Shown here: positions 27,201-36,203 of the stretch, one piece after another
Numbering within the stretch: position 1 is the stretch's first letter
Layout of the letters: the number at the start of each line of letters is the position of its first letter
Source of the DNA: a virus
Taxonomy: Duplodnaviria > Caudoviricetes
Direction: 5' to 3' (one strand)
IMG/VR virus record: IMGVR_UViG_3300025769_000158
Location: 1 to 53,296 of that record
Length of the DNA: 53,296 nucleotides
The notes under the pieces: model-generated
Databases searched by the model: none
What the model was told of the DNA's origin: nothing
What the model saw: the letters and a program-made list of their open reading frames with translations, nothing else
Made by a program: the position numbers and the translations under genes

Positions 27201-30200
27201 AATGTCTGATCTACTAGTGTTATCACGAAGGGTTGATGGCATAAACAAACGAATGACCTCCCATGTAATAGATTGCATCTCACGAGGAAGGATGCCTCTT
27301 TGTTTGGCCGCTTCAACATAAGCGTCAAGGTAGGCCCAATAGTTTCCTGACAATGCATTAACGGAAGACGACATGATACCCGCCCCTCCAAAGTTTTCAT
27401 TTACGGCGGCGCTTGATTGTCCGTAAGGCATAAGTTCTGCCGCGGCAACAGCATGGGTGTCCATAGTAACATCACCATCCGTAGCGTCTGGGTTAGCGAT
27501 GTTATTGTAGAAGTGTCTAATCTTATGGCTACCACCGAGCAGTTCACTGATCATAGCGATGTCGTTATTCTCAAACATCATCACAGCCTTCGCCATGTTA
27601 GAGAAACTTTGAGTGACTACCTTTCTAGGTGAACCATCCTTTGTAGTATATGTTCCTAGGTCATCACCAATAGGGCTATACACTTGTACAGTGTCAGGCA
27701 TGTAGACCTCTCTATAGTAGCGGATAAACTTGGCTTTCTCTAAAGCATCCATACTATTAAGAGTTCTTCCTCGAAGAGCATCCATGGAATCCTTGAAAGA
27801 ATCAAAAGCAACACGGTCTTTCTTCAATAGTTTTGAAGGGGTCATTTTCTTACCCTTCGCCTTCTTCTTGTAGACTTTGCTATTGGCTCCGGTTTGACGG
27901 AAGGACTCTAGTTTTCTTTCGATGGCCATGTTGTACATGGTGTCATCGAATGTAGACTCTTGATTGTTGAATAGAACCTCGGCAATGTTGTAGGCGTTTT
28001 GGATATTGATAAACCAATCCGCACCAGGAGATAGTGCCGCTAGTATACCCGCGGACTGCTCAACCGAAATGTCATACTTGCTGGACATGTCCTTGGCAAT
28101 CTTGTTCGCCCCATCATACCATCTACGCATGTACTCGCGAACCTCGGGATCGGCAAGATCGTGAAGGAATAATAGGTTAGAAACCACGCGATCCTTGAAT
28201 ATTTCGTACACTCCATCGGCCCATTCTTTTTGGCTTTGGAGTTTTACCGAACCTTTATCGATGGCGCTTTGTGGATTTAACACCACCATGTTTTGTACAA
28301 GGCGAGGGCTTTTAGTTTCGTCTGCTTGATTGTCCGCAAAAGACACAGCATCAAAACCCGCGGCCTCAAGAGCACTAAAGTATTTCTTACGCTCTTTCTT
28401 GTTAAGTATAAATGGAATATCCTCTAAAGGAATTTCTCTAGCCTCCGTACCTTCTATGTCTATCAACATAAAGAACATAGAATCACCTTGGGCATCGTAT
28501 TGAGCCATCTTTGCCGGGAACAGTTTCCTTGCCACCTCTAATGCTTTTTCTTCAGAGGCTACTCTTGACTCTTGAATATATACCGGGTTGAGTAGTTTGC
28601 TATCAACACTTTCTCCTGGGTCTTGAAGGCGTAGGTAATCCATCGCCTCTCCTTCCTCGGGAGAAATGTAAAGAGGTCTATCGTTAGAAATATCCTCAAG
28701 TCCATAACCACCATGGTAAGCAGTGACCATACCCTCTCTAGAGTAGTCCTCTTTAGGCATCTGATCAATGAAAGAAGGAACCTCTACATCAACCATCAAC
28801 GGGTGGTTTTTAGTATTTGTAAGAGCTACGGCGTGGTCTACATATATAGGTCTAACATTTTTGTTAGCCGCAGGTATCTCACGCACCGTTGCTGACGACA
28901 TATCAAATACATCTGTAGCAACCCCTCGGCTTTTCGCGATGCCTTGACCTACGCGTTTACCCGCAACGATACCTTCTTTAAGTTTGTCTATCGAGGCTTG
29001 ATTTAATGCGGCGCGACCATCTAACAATTCATTGCGTGACTGATCAATCTTCTCGGCTACTTTTTGTTGGAACAGTTTGTTATCTATCTCTGCATCGATA
29101 CCTTCTTCTAGGTTGACTAGGTGTTCACTCATGTAAGATAGGTAGTCGATACGTTGCAATGGATCAGCGATGTTGTCGGCATCAGCAAGTAGTTGATTCA
29201 TTGTTTTAGGAACACGCTTACCCGTAAGGTACCAAGTCACATCCGAACCAAAGTTTCTAGTGTATGCTTTGTATTCTTCTTGTTCAATATTAAATACTCT
29301 ATTTGATGGGCGTGCGCTAGGGTCTAAAGAGAACGTCTCTAGGTACGGCTCTACACTTGAACTGTTCTCATCCTTATCCAAGAAGGTTATTTCTTTTAGG
29401 CTAACCGCAGGTGCCTCGAGATCGATTAGGTCAAACATAATCTTTCTCATGCCCTCATCAAACTCAATCATACGCTCTCTATCCAAGAAGCTCTCGGCGT
29501 CAGCGATACTTTCAATCTCTGCCGGCTCAACACCATATGCATCTTTGTAAAGGGTACGAGCATACAAGATATCCCCAAGAGGCATCATTGATTTTCTAAT
29601 GAGTTCTTTTGCTACTTGGTTTGCTCTTTTCTTATCACCCGTGCTAGAAACAATATGGTTGTATATCTTAACAGCATCTAGGTAGGTGGCATGGTATATG
29701 TTATCATTGTAACTGCCCAAGCCAGGAATCCATCCTATGCTGTCCGGGTGCATATGCGTTCTATATAGCGCTCGGTATTCTTCACTGTCCAAGAAGCCGG
29801 TTGTATCTTCTCCCGTTCTACGAATCTCTGCGCCCTTCATATATGTTTCAAGCGCCTCTAGAGGCAAGCCTTTAACGGGAGCGTATGACATTGCTCCGGC
29901 CTCAATAATATCTTGATAGACATCGCTTTCATCTAGAAGTAAACTCTCATCGCCATCTAGATACTCATTGATATCATCTGCATATACATGTCCTTGGAGT
30001 TCTTCGTTTTCGTAAATACCTAGAAGTACCATGTCGTCACCTATAAGAATCATCGGTGCCTTTGTAACTCCTTGTATGAGCAGTTCTTTATGGATTCCGG
30101 AGATGTCGTTTAATACTTCTTCAGCAAGGAACTTATCTCCTCGTGTACCATCAATGCCTCCGGGGCGTCCGGTACCACCCGTTACGGTAGACCTTCTAAC

Positions 30201-33200
30201 CGTGGTCCCACGATCAGGCATCAAAGCAAAGAACCTAGGCTGTAGTGATTCTCCTGGATTGAGTTTATCTATCTTTGGACTAGACTGTAGTTTACCTTCT
30301 TTCCAATTCTCGGTATACCCTTCTGCAGTACGAGGCATAAAGAACCCACCCGTAACGATAGGTAGACGGAGGTTTCTAGAGGAAGGAGTGCCGTCGGCTT
30401 TCTTCCCTTTTATAGACAGGTCTGTTTCTGTTTTATAAGTATTCCAATCTACATAGGTTTCTATGTTGTACTCCGTATCTTCTTCTAAAGCTTGATTAGC
30501 AATCTCAAAGACCTCAACAGCCCCGAGTCTCATGCCTACGCTAGCATCAATTTCTCCCCATTGATCAGGAAGTAGGTTTAAGTCTTCGATGTCACCCATC
30601 GCCTCAATAGCCTCTTCCTCCGTAGCATATACTATATCCTCTCCATAGTTTTGTCTTCGCTCCCAATATTCACGAGAAGTGAAAGCAAATGTTTCGCCAC
30701 TCCCTTTAAGGTTTAACTGCTTTATAGTTTTAGCGTCGAGGCCTAGAATGTCTGCAAGCATTAAGATGCTAGCACGGCCACCGTCCGAGACCGGTTGTGT
30801 TCTATATGGTTGGCTTACACGTTGTTTGATAGGCTTACCTAGTCGCGTTGCAATAGCAAAGGTTTCCGCTAACTTGGTAAAGGATGTATCATCCGTGATT
30901 GTTAGTTTCTTAAGACCAATGGCAGTAAGGGCCTTGTTAATGATACGTCTTAACTTACCTCTTAATGAAGCGTCGATTTGATTTAGGTTGGTAGTGTAGC
31001 CGGCAAGCACCTTCATCACAACCTCTTCTTGGACCATTGCTTCTATTGCGGCATCACTCATGCCTAGACTCTTTCCGTATGCGGTGTATGCAGCGCTGAT
31101 CGCCTCAACATCCACACCTAAAGAACTGTTCTTTTTTGCTAGGTCTAGAACTTCACTATATAATCTTCCACGAACTTTATCATCCGACATGATGCCTCCA
31201 AAGCCTGCGTGTGCAAATTCTTCTTTGATGACAGCATCACTCGAATCTATAGTAAGGTGGATGGTGTTTGTGCCAAATTCATAAAATGCCTCTAGACCTT
31301 CTTGACCTAGAGCGGCGTTAAGGTCTTCGGTGTTGTTCCAAAAGACAACATTTACATCCTTGCCTATATTATCACTCAAGGCTTTAACAAGACCGTTCAC
31401 TGTTTTAGCAACACGCTCGGTGATTCCTTTTCTAGGAAGTATGTTCTTGACTCTAGAGCGAAGCGCCGGTTGTGGACCTTTAGGTGCTGCTTCCGTTGGT
31501 GGCGTTGGCGCCTCCTCGACAGGAGTTACGGGTGCTTCTTCGGCTACCGCTTCCTCTGTAGTTTCTTCAATTGGACCCCCAACAAGTTCTTCGTTGGTGT
31601 CAACAATAATCTCATCAAGACTTCTTGTGTCCTCTTGTTTTGATTTTGGCTCGCTAAACAAGAAGGCAACCTCTTGAGCTGTGTCCCCTCTAAATGTTCT
31701 GTTTCGACCCTTTGCATCTTTTAATGTGACGCTAACAACCTCACCCTGATCATTGAAGTTTACCGACTTCTTACCACGAGGAGCAGTGTATTGCTTGCCT
31801 CGTATGGTAAATGATCCGTCCTCATTGAGGCTACTTTCAATCGTGCCAAACCCAGCATCTTCAAATGTCTGATCGCCAATGTCTTCAATGTTTCCAATCT
31901 CGGTAATGTTTCCATTAGCCTCAATAATAGATACCTTTCCTCCCTCATCTACTTGGACAAGTCCTCGAACAATACCTGTAGGTAATTTCACTACGGCTTG
32001 TTGGTTAAGGCTCTCACTTATTGTTGGGGTTACAGGAGCCGGTGCTTTAGTAACGGGTGTAGGTGCTACTCCTTCAACAGGCACCTCGACTGTAGGTGCT
32101 ACTTCCGTGCCAAGAGGAGTCTCACGAGCAGGCTCTCTGTTAACGATTTGTTTTATTTCTCCATAGATGCGACCTATCTCTTCAACCTTTGCTTTGTAGC
32201 CAGGCTCATTTTTCTTGAAGCTTCGTAGTTCCGCAATATGGTTTACTAGGTTATCGGACAGTTCTGCTACACGAGCGCGTTCATTCTCGGGAAGGTTTTG
32301 TAGCGTCTCAATATTTCTATTGAGCGTAGTATACTTTTGCTCTTGTAGTTTTCTAGCATTCTCTCTATGTGTAGCACGTGACTCACGAGTCTTTGCTTTA
32401 CGAGCGGCTTGACGTTGCTCCTTAATCTTCTGATCTATAGCGGTCACTTCTCCATAGTTCATGGTCGTTGCCACCGTTGTAAGTTCATGAGCATCTTCAG
32501 CCATAGTAGCAAAGCGGATATAGTCTGCCTCGGCTTGACTTATATCTTTATTCTTTATTGCTAGGTAGGTTTGAACGGGAGCAGTTTGAATCCCTTGACC
32601 TATAAATTCAAGGGCAATACCCTTAAGGTCATAGATGGTTCCTGTCTCCGTCAACTGCCCCAATGCCTCACCCGTAGAACCGGCAACGCCTTCAACCGTC
32701 TCCGTCAACAATCTAGATGTAGTTGTAGAATATCCCTTCTTTAAAAATTGCTTGAGTATAGCACCTCCAAAACGAGCAGTCACCGCATCGACAATAGCGA
32801 TAGGGATACCCTTCTTTAACCCACGCTCGCGTGCCTCACCCATAACTTCCGGGTCTTGTGTAGCACGTAATAGTTCTTCAGGGTTTGTGGTATCAAGTCC
32901 TAATTCATTGAAGACCTCTAAAATCTTTGATGAATATTCTAACGCAAGACCTTCACGACCAAATGCAACAGGAGCAAGTGTGCCACCTGAAGCCACAGAA
33001 ACTCCAATGTTTACCGGGTCGATCATGCCTGCCCACATTGCCGCTACCGATTCAAGGACCGGGCTAACAACACTAGACAATACAACATCAACTCCCTTTA
33101 AGAATCCATTATCTGTGTCCCAAGAAACCGCTTGGTTCTCACGCAATAGTTTTTGATAGTATGCAAGTGCTGTAAAGTCTACCTCATGAGTATCAATCAA

Positions 33201-34088
33201 TGGGTCAAACATATCCGCTTGACGCTTACTGATCATCGCTCTATTGTAAAAACGAACAAGGTCCTTTCCCACACCAGCCTCTTGACCCGGGGCATTCTCC
33301 TCATCAATCAACCAAAAGGAATATATATCTTCCCCGGGAGTTAGGTATCCTTCATATAATGTATTATGATTAGCAACCTTTAAACCAAGGTCTTCCGCGG
33401 CCTGATCAACATCCATGCCTTTATCCAACCAATAAGCCACATTGGTTGCTTCTTGAGCGGCACCCTCAAAGTCGATAACAGTCTTGTATCGCTCTTGATT
33501 CTCTATAGTGATACCCTCTTGTTCTAATGCTTGGGCAGTGTACTTGCCGTAGTCGTAGATATAGGTCTCATTAAATATTTGATTTAGAGGCTTCTTTTCT
33601 TCTTGAGAACGCTGCACCATTTGATTGGTAGCCTGCTCCGCCTTCTCATCACTATAACCTAAATACTTGTAGGTGTCGTATGCTTGTTGGTAAGATACGT
33701 TAGACATATCTTCAACCAACTTCTTTTGCTCTTCTTCAAATACCTTTTCTTCAAGAGCATTCTTTTTACCTACCGCGGACTCACCGCTATAATCATACCC
33801 TAGACCTCCAGCGTATTTCGAGTCTTCCGATTTTGAAAACCCAGTCTCTTCCACTGCTTGTTGATAAAGCTCTTGAGATGTAGGAAGTTGGATTTGCTCT
33901 TCTTTTTTTTTTACAAATTCAGAACGAAGTTGTTCCATAGCAGGCTCCATATCTACCATGGAGTAACCATTCATAATACCGGTACGAAAAACATTGTTCT
34001 CATACTTGGTTAATTCTTCTTGGGTCTCAAGGTTAAAATAATCATCACTAAATTGACCGCGTAGATATTCTAGAATTTCTTCGTTCAT
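24219..34088 (-). CDS. giant virion ejection / polyvalent protein (3,289 aa)
   Basis: Follows two smaller ejection-type genes. Holds zincin-like, ART-like and glycosylase-like motifs and a helical C-terminus (PFVKTPFNI, NVWGE). Confidence 0.75.
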   Translation of the reverse strand: MNEEILEYLRGQFSDDYFNLETQEELTKYENNVFRTGIMNGYSMVDMEPAMEQLRSEFVKKKEEQIQLPTSQELYQQAVEETGFSKSEDSKYAGGLGYDYSGESAVGKKNALEEKVFEEEQKKLVEDMSNVSYQQAYDTYKYLGYSDEKAEQATNQMVQRSQEEKKPLNQIFNETYIYDYGKYTAQALEQEGITIENQERYKTVIDFEGAAQEATNVAYWLDKGMDVDQAAEDLGLKVANHNTLYEGYLTPGEDIYSFWLIDEENAPGQEAGVGKDLVRFYNRAMISKRQADMFDPLIDTHEVDFTALAYYQKLLRENQAVSWDTDNGFLKGVDVVLSSVVSPVLESVAAMWAGMIDPVNIGVSVASGGTLAPVAFGREGLALEYSSKILEVFNELGLDTTNPEELLRATQDPEVMGEARERGLKKGIPIAIVDAVTARFGGAILKQFLKKGYSTTTSRLLTETVEGVAGSTGEALGQLTETGTIYDLKGIALEFIGQGIQTAPVQTYLAIKNKDISQAEADYIRFATMAEDAHELTTVATTMNYGEVTAIDQKIKEQRQAARKAKTRESRATHRENARKLQEQKYTTLNRNIETLQNLPENERARVAELSDNLVNHIAELRSFKKNEPGYKAKVEEIGRIYGEIKQIVNREPARETPLGTEVAPTVEVPVEGVAPTPVTKAPAPVTPTISESLNQQAVVKLPTGIVRGLVQVDEGGKVSIIEANGNITEIGNIEDIGDQTFEDAGFGTIESSLNEDGSFTIRGKQYTAPRGKKSVNFNDQGEVVSVTLKDAKGRNRTFRGDTAQEVAFLFSEPKSKQEDTRSLDEIIVDTNEELVGGPIEETTEEAVAEEAPVTPVEEAPTPPTEAAPKGPQPALRSRVKNILPRKGITERVAKTVNGLVKALSDNIGKDVNVVFWNNTEDLNAALGQEGLEAFYEFGTNTIHLTIDSSDAVIKEEFAHAGFGGIMSDDKVRGRLYSEVLDLAKKNSSLGVDVEAISAAYTAYGKSLGMSDAAIEAMVQEEVVMKVLAGYTTNLNQIDASLRGKLRRIINKALTAIGLKKLTITDDTSFTKLAETFAIATRLGKPIKQRVSQPYRTQPVSDGGRASILMLADILGLDAKTIKQLNLKGSGETFAFTSREYWERRQNYGEDIVYATEEEAIEAMGDIEDLNLLPDQWGEIDASVGMRLGAVEVFEIANQALEEDTEYNIETYVDWNTYKTETDLSIKGKKADGTPSSRNLRLPIVTGGFFMPRTAEGYTENWKEGKLQSSPKIDKLNPGESLQPRFFALMPDRGTTVRRSTVTGGTGRPGGIDGTRGDKFLAEEVLNDISGIHKELLIQGVTKAPMILIGDDMVLLGIYENEELQGHVYADDINEYLDGDESLLLDESDVYQDIIEAGAMSYAPVKGLPLEALETYMKGAEIRRTGEDTTGFLDSEEYRALYRTHMHPDSIGWIPGLGSYNDNIYHATYLDAVKIYNHIVSSTGDKKRANQVAKELIRKSMMPLGDILYARTLYKDAYGVEPAEIESIADAESFLDRERMIEFDEGMRKIMFDLIDLEAPAVSLKEITFLDKDENSSSVEPYLETFSLDPSARPSNRVFNIEQEEYKAYTRNFGSDVTWYLTGKRVPKTMNQLLADADNIADPLQRIDYLSYMSEHLVNLEEGIDAEIDNKLFQQKVAEKIDQSRNELLDGRAALNQASIDKLKEGIVAGKRVGQGIAKSRGVATDVFDMSSATVREIPAANKNVRPIYVDHAVALTNTKNHPLMVDVEVPSFIDQMPKEDYSREGMVTAYHGGYGLEDISNDRPLYISPEEGEAMDYLRLQDPGESVDSKLLNPVYIQESRVASEEKALEVARKLFPAKMAQYDAQGDSMFFMLIDIEGTEAREIPLEDIPFILNKKERKKYFSALEAAGFDAVSFADNQADETKSPRLVQNMVVLNPQSAIDKGSVKLQSQKEWADGVYEIFKDRVVSNLLFLHDLADPEVREYMRRWYDGANKIAKDMSSKYDISVEQSAGILAALSPGADWFINIQNAYNIAEVLFNNQESTFDDTMYNMAIERKLESFRQTGANSKVYKKKAKGKKMTPSKLLKKDRVAFDSFKDSMDALRGRTLNSMDALEKAKFIRYYREVYMPDTVQVYSPIGDDLGTYTTKDGSPRKVVTQSFSNMAKAVMMFENNDIAMISELLGGSHKIRHFYNNIANPDATDGDVTMDTHAVAAAELMPYGQSSAAVNENFGGAGIMSSSVNALSGNYWAYLDAYVEAAKQRGILPREMQSITWEVIRLFMPSTLRDNTSRSDIAKIYNDYKGEDIADVQNEIKKYFDEKDTDTDTPRGRNIKHPSWYRPTDSEGTATEGQVADEGQLAGGDLPSGTGAETGTPGGDGDATGRAALKMRKATEKFVDMLKGGVPQEVAFSESILNAARRAQKGRLKPGEEASEFFYEPQSIGDIQENLSGMSTAQVVATLNTNTLRDITSVSGGLDFNTDGNILVLAQVEYLERLRKEGDITGYKAELAKLTQMGTTFGQLLRQFGEIKGKTAEGMVALITNEYEQKGTPLKEDAIEDLTTIVEEYIAAKDAFDSNVDKVLDADPEEFDTLDKLVEESQKRLEDAIGALNDFQKFNAPTWGTLLSTIMQGNLLTLRSITTNVVANALTLPGRLIQQAIAAPIEYMINPRNRELRPSFGAMVYGAQRAFYGLKESMKAIKTGQAPGDFEYTSGHQLQPLVALATVFGRGKDSLPQEFHSQVDYINFKAKKLFEGIFGITASSNFKLLVLGDRPFYRGMEGYELYQQGKRLGLEGEELKRFLKYPTEQHFKIAREKGLKLTFQENDSTLLFGLVDTQQVQNIFNKAGAKALASDSYTTRMFGNAVKFLVKSNFPFVKTPFNILSQSLEITLFPITFAQAFSPGISARDRSEKLATAIMGYMLFLYARKLYDKGAVSGAVDKLSPKARSVAYEVEPPFTINVSALGREVGEPFQPSDRRIGFAKLGLYGAVMAAYVEAFKVIDRKPNFSTEEELVEYGIDEQSAISKFLEQGLGITLGSLGALLDQSFLTGLENMTKLLQNTEDVNVVSKYFEQLSRAMVAVPLPNLFTSFFRAEREFLPDYRDNSFDQRFMNVVYDRTFGVFGRGDDPAPIRINVWGEKINQTPPGTNPVFYEFLDPTGTRLATDDPLKVELYNLYKRTGDEDALPSIPSLILNKRMVIDKGSKPINFSTGEVNELLMLLGQQRTKDLSNTINTSLWKDATDEQKINILRKINGKYSTGYITLEDGNRKVFEWYKRRQEMINQKLNEKN

Positions 34089-34094
34089 TCCTTG

Positions 34095-35378
34095 TTATTT
34101 ATTGAATGGTAATCCTTGTCTTGTTATTTCGTTATAGAAACTTTCAAATAATTTAGGGTCGTCAACCACCTCTGTTTTAGAGATAAGGTCTTTACGGAAA
34201 TTATATGTAGTTCCTAGGTTTGCTTTGTTAGTGGAATAATCTAACATCGCTTCTTTAAGTTTGTCTCCTTGTAATTCATTACCGCTCATGTCAACAAAGT
34301 TAACCATCTCTTGAGCGTAGTCCACAACAAGTTCGTTGCCTACAACACGGTACCCACGAATTCTATATATATCTACAGGAGTTTCTTCGGAGCCTGGGTC
34401 ACGCTCTACATAAACGGCCACAGGGTTTTTGAGTAGGTCGATCTCATACTTATTTTCGCCTACCAACTTTGATGTGGTACCGCTGTATGGATTTGTCTTC
34501 TCGGCCTCATCTTGCATTTGAGACTGCTTGATACCTAGTATTTCGTTTTTAGCATTTTCTAGGTAATATTCTTTAGCATCTTGCTCCATACCTTCGGAAG
34601 AAAGAATCGCTTGAGGCGTTGTGTTCATCACTTCGGCATACGTCATGATAACACTATTCTTAAGGTTGGCATCCGAGTTGTATTCAGCGTCAAAGAAAGA
34701 GCCGAACTGATCTACCTTATTAGATACAATAAGCGGTTGCGCCTTCTTGTATCCGTAAGATATAGGATCAGTATAGTTGAAGCGACTCTTTGGTGTAAAT
34801 ACTAGAGCAGTTTCTTGGTCTGCTTTGTAGCGACCTCCATACACACTTCCGTATTCCGTTTGACCATTTCTAGAATCAACCATCTCTACTTGTAAGGTTT
34901 CAGGGTTGTAACGGACATCATCAACACGCCCCCACTTTTGATTGTAACGAGATTGCATCTCATCCGGAGACTCCTCATATTTCTCGTTATCCATCATCCC
35001 TCTTACTAGGGTATTGTTATCTGAACTGTATGCGGCAGGAGCAACACTTAAAAAGTTTTGAGCGTCCGAAACGATAGTCATTAATCGGTTGAGGTTTTCT
35101 TGACTAGGGTCTAAAGAGTATTTGTTTAACTCCGTAGTATACCCTTGCATATATCCTTCTTGAAAGATTTTCTTGCTTTCAGCATCAAGCCCTCCTATCT
35201 TACCTTGAAGCGTAGAGAACTGCCCCTCAATACGAGAGGTGATATTATCTTGGCGCTTACGCTCGGCTTCAGCCTCTTGACGCATGCGCTCTTGCAATTG
35301 CATCTGACCACGAATACCCTCGATGGTAGTCTTGGTTGTTTGTGAGGAATAATCTAAAGGCTTACTTAATAAACTCAT
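34095..35378 (-). CDS. putative ejection/internal virion protein
   Basis: 427 aa, helical; lies between the muzzle and the giant protein. Confidence 0.55.
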   Translation of the reverse strand: MSLLSKPLDYSSQTTKTTIEGIRGQMQLQERMRQEAEAERKRQDNITSRIEGQFSTLQGKIGGLDAESKKIFQEGYMQGYTTELNKYSLDPSQENLNRLMTIVSDAQNFLSVAPAAYSSDNNTLVRGMMDNEKYEESPDEMQSRYNQKWGRVDDVRYNPETLQVEMVDSRNGQTEYGSVYGGRYKADQETALVFTPKSRFNYTDPISYGYKKAQPLIVSNKVDQFGSFFDAEYNSDANLKNSVIMTYAEVMNTTPQAILSSEGMEQDAKEYYLENAKNEILGIKQSQMQDEAEKTNPYSGTTSKLVGENKYEIDLLKNPVAVYVERDPGSEETPVDIYRIRGYRVVGNELVVDYAQEMVNFVDMSGNELQGDKLKEAMLDYSTNKANLGTTYNFRKDLISKTEVVDDPKLFESFYNEITRQGLPFNK

Positions 35379-36178
35379 TTGGCTTTCTTATCAAATTTAG
35401 TAAGTAGGCTAGTCACGTATTTACCTAGTGGAGACTTTTCTTTACTCGCTAGTTCCTTAATCTTTTTAGACTGTTCCGGATTGAAGATATACTCACCACC
35501 TGTAGCCTCACCTATCTTTTCTCCGTTTTGAACAAGGTCGATGGGGTTAGAGTCATGGTCAAATTCACCGGGAGTCTTCATTCCCGTTTTAGCGAACGCA
35601 CCATCTGACAATCCTTGATTAGCCATGTTTTGACCAAACGCAGAAATAGTCGATGCAAAAGCATCGGTAGCACCTGCCTGCATTTGTCTACCTGCTTGGT
35701 AGCCCGCTTGTGCGCTTTGTAGATCAGACATGTATTGACGAGCACCAAGTTGTGTGTTCATGCCGCCTGCATATTGTTGTGCTTGGGCGAGAGATTCTAA
35801 AGCCTTTAATTCACTTTGTTCTTGTTGGGCCTGGATACCGTAAATGTCTTGTGTTGTTTTACGAGCGGCCCCAGTCAACCCACCTATCAATCCACGTGCA
35901 CCCCCCGCCGTGGCAAGAGTGTCGGATATAGTTGCTAGATTTTGTTGGGCCTGTTCCGTAGCGATTTGCGAAGCCCTCCCTTCTTTTGCTTTTTCGTAAA
36001 GGTCAAAGTATTCTTCAGGAGTCTCCATTTTAGGCATACCTTGAGCGCGAAGTTCTGCCTCCATGCTCTCCGCCTTCTTGGCCTCTTTTCTACCTTGATA
36101 GCCTTGGATGCCAGAGCTAATCGCTTGTGCTCCTAGACTTGCGCCCGTGCCTATAAGGTACATTGTAAGTGGATCCAT
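35375..36178 (-). CDS. putative ejection (pilot-like) protein
   Basis: MDPLT + Gly/Ala-rich N-terminus, Gln/Ala coiled coil, GEATGGEYIFN; TAACTTTG promoter at 36195-36202. Confidence 0.6.
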   Translation of the reverse strand: MDPLTMYLIGTGASLGAQAISSGIQGYQGRKEAKKAESMEAELRAQGMPKMETPEEYFDLYEKAKEGRASQIATEQAQQNLATISDTLATAGGARGLIGGLTGAARKTTQDIYGIQAQQEQSELKALESLAQAQQYAGGMNTQLGARQYMSDLQSAQAGYQAGRQMQAGATDAFASTISAFGQNMANQGLSDGAFAKTGMKTPGEFDHDSNPIDLVQNGEKIGEATGGEYIFNPEQSKKIKELASKEKSPLGKYVTSLLTKFDKKAK

Positions 36179-36203
36179 AATGAGTTATAATTTACAAAGT
36201 TAA

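Noticed and set aside
24436-33344. Many plus-strand ORFs of 60-170 aa opposite the large genes
   Set aside because: Antisense shadows of biased codon usage (Ser-rich, no motifs, no promoters).
33903-33912. A10 tract in the giant gene as a phase-variation site
   Set aside because: The frame is intact (Lys run), homopolymers are common in this AT-rich genome, and there is no other evidence.
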